In this document: positions 1-12,878 of the stretch, piece after piece
Layout of the letters: the number at the start of each line of letters is the position of its first letter
Numbering within the stretch: position 1 is the first letter of the stretch
From: Azolla caroliniana
Lineage: Eukaryota > Plantae > Polypodiophyta
Length of the DNA stretch: 64,000 nt
Direction: 5' to 3'
Assembly (NCBI GenBank): GCA_043228905.1
Contig: JBHGNT010000010.1
Location: 8,556,001 to 8,620,000, forward strand
Made by a program: the position numbers and the translations under genes
Notes under the pieces: model-generated
Seen by the model: only the letters and a program-made list of their open reading frames with translations
The model's database searches: none
What the model was told of the DNA's origin: nothing

Positions 1-2891
1 GACAAGAAATCTACGATTGAAATCAACATATAAACATCCTGTTAATGTCGACAAGTCCTGTCCTTTTGGGTGACAATATGGTTATGTTTCATTCTAATTC
101 CATGTTGAGCGCAATGTTTAAGGGCGAGTCGATGAGACTAGATATTCAATGGTAATTGAACTAATCAACTTCACAACCACAACTTAACATAATCCTAATC
201 TCTACTTGATAGCGAAACTTAAATCCACACTCATTCGAGATTTTTGTTTATTAACACAAAATACTTGGAAATATACACACTCGCAAGTTGCGGGGATAGC
301 TCAGTTGGGAGAGCGTGAGACTGAAGATTTGAAAGTCTTGTGTTCGATCCACGTTTACCGGAAAAGGTAATAAACACTTTCGAGAGACACATTTGCATGC
401 ATTATTTGAGGAGAATTATACGCATGAAATGAACATATAAACATCCGACACAAAAGGTAGCAAACACTTTAGAGAGACATAATTGAATACACATATAAAC
501 ATCATGTTAATGTCGACAAGTCTTGTCCTTTAGGTGACAATATTGTCATGTTTCATGCAAATTCCATCTTGAGCGTAATGTTTAAGGGGGAGTCGGTGAC
601 ACCAAATATTCAACGTTAATTGAATTAATCAACTGCACAACCACAACGAAATATAATCCTAATCTCTACTCGATCGCGAAACTTTAATGCACACTCACTC
701 GAAAAATTTGTTTATAAACCCAAAATAGGTGGAAATATACACACTCGCAAGTTGTAGGGATAGATAACTTGGGAGAGCGGGAGATTAAATATCTGAACAT
801 CATTGTTCGATACACGTTCATGTTTAAGGGGTACTAGATGAGACTAGATATCTAAACGTAATCTAGATCACTAGTTGATCGCTCAAATTTAATCCACAAT
901 TATTCGGGAATTTTGTTTGTGAACCATATAGATAGTATCTGATGGGAATTTATGGGGATAGCTCAGTTGGGAGATCGTCAGACTGAAGATCTGAAGGTCA
1001 CGTGTTTGATGCACGTTCATCGCAAAAGGCAACAAACACTGTCAAGAGATACAATTGAACGTATTATTTTACAAGAAATCTACGAATGAAGTGAACATAT
1101 AAACATCATGTTACTGTCGACAAGTTCTGTCCTTTTGGGTGACAATAAGGATATGTTTCATTCTAATTCCATCTTCAGCGTAATGTTTAAGGGGGAGTCG
1201 GTGAGACCCAATATTCAACGTTAATTGCATTAATCAACTGCACAACCAGAACGAAATATAATTCTAATATCTACTTGATCACGAAACTTTAATCCACACT
1301 CACTAGAGATATTTGTTTATAAAACTAAAATAGGTGGAAATATACACACTCGCAAGTTGCAAGGATAGATAAGTTGGGCGAGCGTGAGATTGAATATTTG
1401 AACATCAAGTATTCGATACACGTTCATGTTTAAGGGGGAGTGGATGAGACAAGATATCTAAACGTAATCTTGATCTCTAGTTTATCGCTAGATATTAAAC
1501 ATTAAGGGTGAATCCATGCGACTAGATATTAAACGTTAATTCAATTAATCAACTAGGTAACCAGAACTAATCCTAATCCTAATCTCTACTTGATAGCGAA
1601 ACATTAATGCACAATCATTCGAGATTTTTGTTTATTAACTCAAAGTAGGTGGAAATATATACACTCGCAAGTTGTAGGGATATATAAGTTGGGAGAACGT
1701 GAGATTGAATATCTGAATATCATTGTTTAATACACGTTCATGTTGATCTCTAGTTGATTGCTCAACTTTAATCCACAGTTATTCAAGAATATTGTTTTAG
1801 AACCATATAGACAGTATTTGATGGGAGGTTGTGGGGATAGCTCAGTTGGGAGAGCGTTAGACTGAAGATTTGAAGGTCATGTGTTCGATCCACGTTCACC
1901 ACAAAAGGTAACAGACATTTTCGAGAGACATATTTGAACACATTATTTGACAAGAATTCTACCAATGAAATGAACATATAAACCTCATATTAATGTCCAC
2001 AAGACTTGTTCTTTTCATTAACAATATGGTCATGTTTCATGGTAATTCCATCTTGAGCGCAAAGTTTAAGGGGGCAGTCGATGAGACTAAATATTCAACG
2101 TTAATTGAATTAATCAACTGCACAACCAGAACGAAATATTAATCCTAATCTCTACTTGATCGACAAAATTTAATCCACAATCACTCGAAATTATTGTTTA
2201 TTAACCCAAAATAGGTGGAAATATACACACTCACAAGTTGCAGGGATATATAAGTTGGGAGAGCGTGAGATTGAATATCTGAACATCATTGTTCGATACA
2301 CGTTCATGGTTAATGCGGAGTGGATTAGACTAGATATCTAAACGTAATCTTGATGTCTAGTTGATCGCTCAACTTTAATACACAGTTATTCGGGAATTTT
2401 GTTTGTGAACCATATAGACAATATATAATGGGAAGTTTCGGTGATAGCTCAGGTGGGAGAACGTTAGACTGTAGATTTTAAGGTTACGTGTTCGATCCAC
2501 CTTTTCATCTCAAAAGGCAACAAACGTTTTGAAGAGACACATTTGAATGCATTATTTTACAAGAAATCTAAGAATGAAATGAACATATAAACATCTTGTT
2601 AATGTCGACAAGTTTTTTCCTTTTGGGTAACAATATGGTCATGTTTCATGCTAATTCCATCTTGAGCGCAATGTTTAAGGGGGAATCAATGCGACTAGAT
2701 ATTAAACGTTAATTCAATTAATCAACTACACAACCACAAGTAAACGTAATCCTAATATCTACTTGATAGAGAAACATTAATGCACAGTCATTCGAGATTT
2801 TTCTTTATTAACTCAGAATAGTTGGAAATATATACACTCGCAAGTTGTAGGGATATATAAGTTGGGAGAACATGAGATTGAATATCTGAAA
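1..2891 (+). repeat. tRNA-Phe tandem array, left block (older, more diverged units of irregular length)
   Basis: tRNA-Phe-like copies start at 290, 952, 1831 and 2438; decayed second-type copies start at 754, 1359, 1674, 2240 and 2847. Spacer motifs match the 551-bp array to the right. Confidence 0.93.
290..362 (+). pseudogene. tRNA-Phe(GAA) copy, mildly decayed, in the flank normally occupied by the degenerate B copy
   Basis: gcggggatagctcagttgggagagcgtgagactgaagatttgaaagtcttgtgttcgatccacgtttaccgg, preceded by the B-type flank ggaaatatacacactcgcaagtt. Confidence 0.85.
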
Positions 2892-2983
2892 TTTTGCAAA
2901 ATTGTTGTGGAATATAAATCACAATGAATGAACTACGCGTTGAAATACGAATCACAGAAATATGCCAAGAAAGACAAGATAAA

Positions 2984-3382
2984 TGTTGAAGCGGCAAGCT
3001 CAATTGGAGCCGGATCGGCTGAATAAGGCTGAGCCAGCAAGCGAGACGGATCGGTAAGCTGGCAAGCAACAGAGCTAGTGAGCTGGGGAGTCGGTTAGCC
3101 GGGTCCAATCGGTAACCGGAAGCCTAGTATTAGTTTAGACTAGTAGGCAATTATAATCTCGTAGTAAGTGTCAGAAGCTCGTGTGAGCATTGAAGTACGC
3201 GGTACTTCTGTCAGTCCCATGAGGACTTGGATAAATAGTGCTACTGAGCACAATTGTAAAAGACAGAGGCATATATCGTTTTTGAATATAGCTTTTACGT
3301 TCTTCTCTCTCTGTCTCTCCCGCGTACTCTGTGTATTCCCTACTTTCTCTGTTTCTAACGCTTCTACAAGTAATCGTTTACA
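2984..3382 (+). repeat. Copia A 5' LTR
   Basis: tgttgaagcgg...cgtttaca, direct repeat of 12082-12480 with about 27 mismatches by eye. Confidence 0.97.
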
Positions 3383-3394
3383 TGGTATCAGAGC
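3383..3394 (+). promoter_or_regulatory. Primer binding site (tRNA-iMet) of Copia A
   Basis: tggtatcagagc immediately after the LTR. Confidence 0.95.
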
Positions 3395-3477
3395 GTGAGG
3401 GTTGAGAACCTCCTCTGCAACTGTCAAACGCTTGACAGCAAACCCTAACAGGTCGTAAAACAATAGACAGAGAAGTG

Positions 3478-5344
3478 ATGGATAGAGGGATGGCTAGCTC
3501 GCTCCTTGTGGAGAAACTCGACAGATCCAACTATGCATCTTGGTTGTATAAGATGCACCAGTACCTGCTTGGGCATGGCTACTGGAGTTTCGTCGAAGGA
3601 GCCAACGAAACAACACCTGATGTGGCACATAAGGACTTTCCAGTGTGGGAACAATCGGCAAGAAAAGTGATGTACTGCCTCACGTCCAGTGTCGGAGACC
3701 AACTGCTGAGCCACATCCGAGACGCCAAGACGCCGAAGGAGGCTTGGGATAACCTGAAGAAGGTGTTCGTCGCGAGCACAACAACCTGGAAGTTGCAACT
3801 CCGACAGGAGTTGAGCAATGTCCGACAGAAGGACATGTCGGTGGCGGATTACACAGCTCGGATCAAAGAGATCTGTGACTCGCTTGCCTCTATCAACGTT
3901 ACCGTAGAGGAAGACGAGATGGTACAGGTCTGACTTGGGGGCCTGGCGTCTAAGTTCAGAGCGTTCCGAACAACGGTGTGTACAAGGGAGAATACGCCGT
4001 CATTTTTCGACTTACAGTTGATGCTCCTTGTAGAGGAGAACCACGCTGGTGCGTCAACTAGCGCACCCACTAACAGCCGGATGCTGTACACAGAGGTGGA
4101 TCGGTCCCGTGGGCATGGTGGACGAGGCGTGTCTGCACGCAATGGAGGCGACCGGCAAGAGCAATAACAAAGGCAAGAGAACGTGCCGACAACAGTTCCG
4201 GGACCTCCACAGGCAGGGGGAGTCAAGGCGGTGCCGGAGGCTGGCAAGAAAAATCTGTAATGGAATGCTGGTACTGTGGGAAAAAGGGCCACAGAGAAAG
4301 CAGGTTCTGGAGAAAACGCACCGATTCGGACAAATCCGGATACAGCAAGCATGGTTGGCAAAGCTTGCACTACGTGAAGGGATTGGGAGGATCCAAGAAC
4401 GGTAACGGGCCAGCCTTGGTGATGAAGCACGAGGCGAACTCGATGAAGAAGACCACTTCCAAATCGGAGGAAGTGTGGTATGTTGATTCCGGTGCGTTGA
4501 ACCACATGACAAACCACAAAGAGTGGTTCTCCATTTTGGAGAAACCGGATCAACCAGGAGTAGTCGAAACCGGAGACGACACTCCTCACCCAATTGTGCA
4601 CGTCGAAGAAGTCCCTTTGAGCCATGTCGGACAGAAGGGGAAGCTGATGAACGTATTACACATTCCGACGATCATGAAGAACTTGGTGTCGGTCGGACAG
4701 ATCGTCGACCAAGGGATGCAGGTGAGGTTTACGCACCTCGGATGCTTCATCGAGGAAGAGGGCCAGATTATTGCGCAAGGGCGTAGAGACGGGAGGATGT
4801 TTATCCTCGACACCAATGACGTCAGAACCGCTCTGTTTGCAAAAGGACAGAAGGTCGAATCAGACATCGACCTGTGGCACACGCGGATAGGCCACGTGAA
4901 TCACCGGAGGCTTCAAGACCTGCAAACGAAACAAGTTGTTTTCGGTTTGCCGAAGTTTAGCGGCCGGAAGGCCCAAGTATGTGAAGCCTGCCAACTCGGG
5001 AAGCAACACCGGCTTCCATTCCCTGCTGAACGTAACCGGAGCCGTAGCAAGCTCGACCTTATCCATTTGGATGTGTGGGGACTGGCACAGAATGTTAGTC
5101 TTGGCGGGAGTCGATATTTCGTCTCCTTCATCGACGACTATACGCGGCACACATGGATCTACCTCATTGAGTGGAAGAGTGAAGTCTTCTAGTGTTTCCG
5201 AAGTCTCCAAAGCATGGTGGAACGGGAATCAGAGAGGAAGATCAAATGCCTGCGGTTGGATGGCAGAAAAGAGTACTTTTCCGGCCAATTCAAAAGTTAT
5301 CTGTAGCAAAAGGGAATTCGACAAGAGTTCAGCTGCAGATACAC
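3478..5344 (+). pseudogene. Copia A gag, zinc knuckle, protease, GAG-pre-integrase and integrase N-half (stops and frameshifts)
   Basis: KLDRSNYASW...LRQELSN gag; CWYCGKKGHRE knuckle; WYVDSGA protease; WHTRIGH..CEAC; IHLDVWG, FIDDYTR integrase. Confidence 0.93.
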
Positions 5345-8300
5345 GTTTGTCGGAGTGTTGGCTTGCGTAATTGCGGAGATTTTGTTCGGGTCAATCGCTA
5401 TTCTTTTCTTGCTGACTATATGGCCCAGGAGAGTCCCGCTGGTCACGCCGAAAGCACATTTTGCGGGATTCAGGCTTAAGCGTGCGATGCGGCAATGTTC
5501 CAGGCATAGTTGTAAGTGCGAAAAATGGTCTATTGTTCTCCCATATACCGCAAAGTCGTCTAAAAAACCTTGCATGAACGCCGGAATGTATTCCCCAAAG
5601 ATCTCCGTAATTGTCCGTTGAAATGTTGCCGGCGCCGTCTTTAGCCCGAACATCATGACGACTGCCACATATACTCCCCAGTCCGTGACAAATGCCGTCT
5701 TTTCTTGGTCCTCGGGATGCATGCGTACCTGGTTATAGCCACTGAAGCCATCTAAAAAACTGTACATCTCATGACCTGTGACGGCGTCCAATACGCTATC
5801 GGTGAAGGGTAAGGGAAATGCGTCCGTAATGGTGACGGCGTTTAATTTTCGGTAATCTGCGCATACCCGTATTTTGCCGTTTTTCTTTGGGACGACCACT
5901 ATCGGGCTTAACCATCTCGCTTGTTTAACTGGTTGTATGAACCCCGCCTTCAGGAGCTTGTTAATTTCTTCTTACACGCGGGTCGCATAGTTCGGGTTCA
6001 TGCGGTAGCGGCGCTGCTGGAAGGGTTTCGCGTCGGTTGCTAAATTGATCTTATGCTGATAGAACTTGGGATCTAACCCCTTCATGTCCTCGTGAGCCCA
6101 AGCGAACACATCCTTATATTCCGTGAGTAGTGCGATCATCGTGTTTCGTTGGTCCGGCCTTAATTCCTTTGCGATGGAGAGGAAAGGAGGCTCTGATTCC
6201 GTATCCATATTTACTTCTTCGAGGGCGGAAGCGATGACTCGTTGTGAAATCTCCATTTCCCTTTCGAATGCCGCCCGTGCTCTGCTGAGTTCCAAAATGG
6301 ACTCTGGGTTTGGTTCGTAAGGCTCGTCGTGGAGAACAGTGGCCGTGGCATATTCGGCCGCAGTTGCGATGACGTATATTTCAAATAGCGGAATAATCCG
6401 AGGGTGCTCGTCGAGGTATGCCTCTAATTCTGCTTCCTCCACCCCAACCAACATATTTATATCTTCTGCGTATAATGGTGTTATACCCTTCGGTTGTGGC
6501 GTGCTTCCTTCCGTAGGTACGCGAACCTTGGTGCGTCCGTGTCGGAAACTAATACACTTGTGTTGCCAGCTCTGCTTGATATTTGCTACCCGAAGCCATG
6601 GTTTGCCCAGAAGCATTGGGTACGCCCCTGGGGCGTCCAAGGCGAGGACGACCACCGAGATGTCGAATCGGTGTCCGCCCACGATAATGCCTATTTTGCG
6701 AATTAACCCTAATGGTCGTACTGAGCGGGTATCTACAATTTGGAGCCAGAATGGGCAAGCCTCCCATTCTGAAATACCTAACTACTCGCAAGTTTTCGCA
6801 CTAATTACATTGACGCCTGAGCCGCCGTCGATTACGCATCCAGGAATTTCCTGTCGGTGTAATATTAATGTAATAGCCGGGTTGTGTTGATCCACTATCG
6901 GCGGTCCACTGCTAATGTCTATAAGGTTTGTAGCGATACTCACCCCGGGTATGCCTGTCACTCGTTCTTCCATGGTCTGGCGGAAGCGTGGGACTAGCTG
7001 CAACAGTTTCTCCATGGTTAACGTTATCTCACAGCCCACTAACGCCTGCCAAATGGGGTCTGGGACCGGTCTTTCGTCCTTTGCTCGCTCCATTGTGTTC
7101 GCGGACTCCTTTCGCATACATTCTATATTTGTCGCGTTTGCTTTTTCCACCCACGCTTGGACTTGTCAGCGTACCTCGTCTTGCGCAGCCCAATCAACCG
7201 TTTTTGTTTGCTGGCGTGTCATGACTTGTTGCACTTCTGTCGTAATCGTATTGACAGCGGGCCCCTTTCCCTTGCGTGCTGGGCATTGCGTGGCATAATG
7301 TCCGGGTTGCTGACAAATAAAATAATGGATGCTTGATTCACCCTTCTCGGCTCCTGGTGGTGTGTCCACTCCCCTGGTGCTACTTGCTCCTCGCGGTCTG
7401 GCCTCGTTTGTCGGAACGTACGCGGTGGCTGCTGTTGGTCCCGTCGTTGTTTACCACGATAACCATTGAAGTCGCCCGGTTTGTTTATCGGCCGTTGATT
7501 CTCGTAGCGCCGACCCCCTTTGGCGTAACTCGGATGTCCACGATAATCCTCGTCCTCTAGTTCGTCCTACTCGGAATCGTTGTGATATCGGCGATTCCAG
7601 TGGTACCGGTCCTCCCGTGGGTTGCGATCCTTATACCGGGGTCGGTCTTCTTGCCTCCTTTGTTCAGTCTGGTGTGGTTGATGCTGTGTGTCCATGCTGC
7701 GGACTGCGGTAGTGGCTCTGTTTAACATATTGTATTCGCATTGGTCAATTGTGTGAGCCTTCGAGTGGCAGATTGGGCAGTGGATTCACATATTGCAGTC
7801 CACTGCGGAATGCCCCGAGTTCAAGCAAATCGTGCACTGGATTGCTTGACGAAATTGGCGTTCCTCATCCTGAGGTAACGCTTGTTGTAAGGAGGACATA
7901 GAAAAACTTTTCTCCTCGTCATCCAACTCGAGCTGTAACGCTCGTTCAATTACCATATCCGCCGTTTCCCCTTTCACGCTATTGTTGTTGAGCATTGCTC
8001 GGATGGGCCGGCGTAAAGCTACCAGAAATGTTTCCCGAGCCTCGTCCTCCGCGGGGTTCCGTTCCAGTTTCTGTCGTAAATTTTGGAAATGTAAGCTGAA
8101 GTCCGCTATCGTCTCGGTCGACAGTTGCTTAATCGTATAAAACTGTCTGAGGATTTCACGTTGTGGAACCCTCCGATGGAAGAATCACAAGAAAGCGGAC
8201 TGCAGCTGATCGAAGGTTGTTATTGCTGGTAAATCCATCTGTGAATACCAAAACGCCGCTCGCCCATCTAATGTTAACCCAAACTCCGTCATTTTCGACT

Positions 8301-8658
8301 AGTGTGCTACTGCCTCCGAAAGGCTCTGCGCCATGTGGTTCGCATTCCAGACATTCAGGAACATGCGAATATGCGTTGCGGCGTCGGTTTTGCCATTAAA
8401 GCAGGGGCAGGCAAAGGCCATGGTTGGGGCTATGGCGGGTCAGAAAAGACCACCGAGTGGCTGTGGTGAGCGTAGTCCCCGCGTCTCGTCCAGGTATTTG
8501 GAGAGTGAAGAATCACCTTTGTACTCACGGCAGGTAGTACTGAGGTTGCTGAGGCGCGGCTTTTGCCGTGCGCGTTCTTCTGCCTGGCGTGTGACGGACC
8601 TTGTTATTGGCCGGTCTTGTCGTGTTGGTTCTCTAGGGCGTCTGCGGCTAAACATCCA
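5345..8658 (-). pseudogene. Gypsy B gag-protease-RT, disrupted; RNase H and integrase missing
   Basis: ORF fragments 5297-5899 (RT), 5972-7150 (protease and linker), 7166-8440 (gag with CCHC knuckles). Confidence 0.88.
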
Positions 8659-8709
8659 TTCGTCGTTGTTCGTCTGTGAGAAGACAAAGAACACCAAGCG
8701 TGCCAAAAG

Positions 8710-9143
8710 TGTTGCCGATTAGGAACACGGTCTGCGGTCAGTCCTTCGACCTAGACCTCCAAGTGGGTGTGGAACAACAAATAGGCGCCTAAGCGTAATG
8801 CGTAGGGGAATGTTCCCTGTAACCTATCAGCGTATAAGGGAGACGACTACAACCAAATCTTTAGCAAAGGTTACACTTACGTTCTTACACGCTTAGGTCT
8901 TCAAGACACACAGTGGATTAGCCGTAGCTATACACAGAGAATCAGAGAAGATAGAATTCTATCATGAGACGTTTCTTACATTCCCAAAATTACACGCTTC
9001 CTCTATCAGAGGTTTTTTGCCCTTTATATATGCAGGGTCTATTTAGCCGTTCACGCTTCCTGCATGAACCGTTACATGCATTATGATCTTATATTATTTC
9101 TTATTCCTACGCTCTTGTCCGTCGGTTACTATTCCGGCGGACA
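8710..9143 (-). repeat. Gypsy B 5' LTR (partner LTR deleted)
   Basis: TG...CA bounded segment adjacent to the PBS; Copia integrase resumes at 9144. Confidence 0.8.
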
Positions 9144-12068
9144 ACATCGCAACAGAATGGTGTTGCCGAAAGGAAGAACCGGTCACTTATTGATGTGGCA
9201 AGGGCAATGCTGGAGGAGAAGAGCATGCCCAAATTCTATTGGGCGGAGGCAGTCCGAACGGTTGTCTACATCCAAAACCGGATCGGTGACAAGGTGTTAG
9301 CTCACGAGATGTATTTTGGACGGAAGCCGAATTTGAGACGGTAGCATTGCATATGTGCATGTACCGGATGAGAAACGGAGGAAATTGGATGCAAAATCGG
9401 AAAAATGCATCCTAGTCGGCTATGCTCAAGAGCAAAAGGGTTATAAGTGTTATAACCCCCGGACAAAGCAGGTTCGAATTAGTCGAGATGTCGAGTTTGA
9501 TGAATCGGCATCGTGGTACTCCTTACCGGCTCCGACCTCCGAATCTGACCCGATGTCGGAGGATGAGGCTAGTGAGCCTGAACCAGCCCAGGTAGAGGAT
9601 GATGAAGCGGGAACTCAGGATGAGAGTCCGGAATCATTCGGGCTCAGCGGGCCGAACGAGAGACTGAGTCAATCTAACCAGTCCGATGAGGAACCGGCGA
9701 GTAGTGGAGACTCTGCCGTGCACTCCCCGCGCAAGGAACCGAAGCAACGGTTCACGTGCAAAGAGAAGGGGAAGAAGAAGATGCCGGAATTTGAAATCGG
9801 CAACGATGAGTCGGATCAGTGTGCATCCGACTTCGGCAAGGAGAAAGGCGGATCTTCGGCAATGAAGACTGAACCGGCCAAGAAGGGCCTCAAACCGGGT
9901 AATAGTGAGTTACGTCGGTCCACCCGCCAGAAGGATCCCGTCAAGCGGTACGGGTACAATGAGTACATGGCGCATCACTATGCGTACATGACTAAGGTGG
10001 CGGAAGTGCGTGAGCCGGAGAGGTACGCAGAAGCAGCCAAGGACGCAAATTGGCGTGCCGCTATGGAAGAAGAAATGCGGGCACTTGGTGTCACAAGACA
10101 TGGGACCTGGTTGACCCTCCTCGTCATTGTAAACCGATCGGATGCAAGTGGATATACAAGGTAAAGTACAACGCCGACGGTTCTGTTAACCGGTATAAAG
10201 CTTGGTTAGTAGTGAAGGGATACGTGCAGACCCACGGAATCGACTACGACGAACCTTTGCTCCGGTAGTGAAGATGACGACGGTTTGTGTGGTGTTGGCG
10301 GTTGCTGCAGCAAGGGGATGGCGTCTTCACTAGATGGATGTGAAGAATGCATTTCTTCAGGGTGATCTTGAAGAAGAAGTCTTTATGACTTACCCCCCCC
10401 GGCTTTGAATCGGAGATAAACAAGTCGGTGGTATGCTGGCTAAAGAAGTCGTTGTACGGCCTGAAGCAAGCCCCTCGAGCTTGGAATGCGAAGATCATGC
10501 ACCGGTTGTGTAGGCTGGGATTTGTGGCCTCCAAATCGGACTCTTCATTGTTCATCCGGCAAGGCTCAACCGGTCCGGTATGTATACTGTTGTATGTTGA
10601 TGATCTAGTCATCACCAGACCAGGAGTTCCAGAAATCAACCGCGTCAAGTCCCAATTGTCGGACGCATTTGAGATGAAGGATCTGGGGGACTTTCCTTAT
10701 TTTCTAGGGATCGAGGTGATCCGAACCCCGGACGGCATATTTCTCTCACAACGACATTACGTCTTGAATATGCTGTACAAGTTCGGCATGTCAGAATGTC
10801 GACTTGTCTCCACACCCTTGGACCGGAACCAGAAGCTTCGTCCCAACTCCGGACCGGCTTGCAATGAGAAACGGTTCCGACAAATCATCGGAAGACTTAT
10901 TTACTTGACTATCACGCGACCCGACATCAGCTATCCGGTCGGAATGATAAGTCAGTTCATGCAGAAGCCGACTGTGGAGCACCTTCAGTGCGCGCAACGG
11001 ATACTACGATATATAAGCGGCACGAAGGACCGGGGACTGTTATACTGGCGGGGTACAACTGAAGAGCTCATCGGTTACACCGATGCCGACTGGGCCGACG
11101 ATGCATAAGATCGTTGATCACCCTCCGGTTACATGTTTTCCCTAGGTAGCGCGGTTGTTACATGGAGCAACAAAAAGCAGCCAACAGTTGCTCTGTCGAG
11201 CACTGAGGCTGAGTATCGGGGCGCTACCATTGCCACCTGTGAAGCCATCTGGCTTTGGCGACTGCTGCGAGACTTGCGTATCGAGGTACCAACCCCGATT
11301 CCGATTTATTGTGATAAAATCAGCAACATGCAGCTCGCCAAGAACCCCGTGTTCCATGCTCGCATGAAGCACATAGAAGTGCACTATCACTTTGTGCATG
11401 AGCGGGTCCTGAGCGATGAAGTTGAACTACTGTATGTTCACACGGATCGGCAAGTAGCCGACATCTTCACCAAACCGCTTGGATTGGACAAGTTGCAACA
11501 CTTCACCGAAATGCTTGGTGTTCAACATCTCGACGTGCCACACTTGAGGGGGAGAACGGGCAAAGACACCGGAATGGGCAAAGGCAAAGAGACTGCCGAT
11601 TGCGCCGGTGAGGGAAGAACAAAAGGCGGCAGAGTTAAGAAGGACAGAGCCGACCGAAGGAAGAAGGCCAAGACCCGGACATGGTCCAAGGTGGTGAAGG
11701 GCTTGGAACCAGAAGACGAATCGGGAGCAACCGATTCGGACAAGAGCTGGAACGAATCAGAGACAGTCGATTCGGTTCAAAAGACAGATTCAGAAGAACC
11801 GGATCAATTCAAGGCCAAGCAGACACGGATGTAGCGGAAGTCGATGCCATCACGGAGGAACCGACGGATCGGCAAGCGCCGGAGTCATAGCAGCGAAGGA
11901 GCTGAGAGGGGCCTATTGAGCAGACATGCTGACCAAGAAGGTCGAGGCGCGCAGAACCAGAAGGGTCGCGACAAATGGGACCAGACCGGACGAGGAGCGC
12001 GAGCAAGGCGGAGCGACGCCAGGAGATGTCGGTTGGAAGAACCGACTACCACAGAGACCTCAAGTTGA
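9144..12068 (+). pseudogene. Copia A integrase C-half, RT, RNase H and C-terminal extension (disrupted)
   Basis: KLDAKSEKCILVGY; KSLYGLKQAPRAW; LLYVDDL; GYTDADWA; SSTEAEY; KHIEVHYHF; ADIFTK. Confidence 0.93.
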
Positions 12069-12081
12069 GCTTGAGGGGGAG

Positions 12082-12480
12082 TGTTGAAGCGGCAAGCTCA
12101 AGTGGAGCCGGATCGGCTGAATAAGGCTGAGCTGGCAAGTGAGACGGATCGGTAAGCCGGCAAGCAACAGAGCCAGTGAGCTGGGGAGCCGGTTAGTTGG
12201 GTCCAATCAGTAACCGGAAGCAGGGTATTAGTTTAGACTACTAGGCAATTATAGTCTCGTAGCAAGTGTCAGAAGCTCGTGTGAGCATTGAAGTGAGCGG
12301 TACTTCTGTCATTCCCATGAGGACTTGTATAAATAGTGCTACTGAGCACAATTGTAAAAGACAGAGGCATATATCGTTTTTGAATATAGCTTTTACATTC
12401 TGCTCTCTTTGTCTCTCTCACGTACTCTGTGTATTCCCTACTTTCTCTGTTTCTAACGCTTCCGCAAGTAATCGTTTACA
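12082..12480 (+). repeat. Copia A 3' LTR
   Basis: Preceded by PPT gagggggag and followed by TSD ataaa. Confidence 0.97.
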
Positions 12481-12878
12481 ATAAACAGATGTACACAAAG
12501 ATTTACATTGAAACCCTAAAACGGGGAAAACCACGGGTGAACAGAACTTCACTATAAAAATAGTGGATATACAATACAGAGATGATTACAACACTTTCTC
12601 ACAAGTGCATTAGCCACACAGGGCTCTTCCCGTCTACTGTTACACACACATCTATGGCGCGGCTCACACTTCTATCTCTCACGCTCTCTTGCATTTTACA
12701 ACTTTTGTTCGCTACTACACAATTAAAGTTTGCCCTAGTTGCATATATACTTACACAACTTTGTTGGCTATTTACATATGTAGCCCTCATGGGGCGCACA
12801 CTTAGACTATTTTCAAGTATAGTCTCCCAAGTTGGCTATATACACAATTCTGGTTTCGGCCTTGGTGAGAAAATTTCT

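Larger units (their letters stand above)
5345..9143 (-). mobile_element. Gypsy B: 3'-truncated non-chromoviral Ty3/gypsy element inside the Copia A integrase
   Basis: Single LTR 8710-9143; PBS tggcacgcttggtg (tRNA-Arg-like) 8692-8705; gag, protease (VIDGGSGVN), RT (ADYRKLN..FLDGFSGYNQ..FLDD). The Copia integrase reads ...SCRYT before it and (T)SQQNGVAERKN after it. Confidence 0.9.
2984..12480 (+). mobile_element. Copia A: Ty1/copia LTR retrotransposon inserted into the 3' LTR of Copia C
   Basis: 399-bp TG...CA LTRs at 2984-3382 and 12082-12480; perfect TSD ataaa (2979-2983, 12481-12485); PBS tggtatcagagc 3383-3394; PPT 12073-12081. Confidence 0.97.

Noticed and set aside
2847-2891. tRNA-targeted integration by Copia C or the DNA transposon
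   Set aside because: Any insertion in this array falls near a tRNA copy; single events cannot show targeting
2788-3463. Short ORFs in and around LTRs (also 12266-12902, 14187-14465, 23349-23815)
   Set aside because: They lie within LTR sequence or antisense to pol and have no recognisable domains
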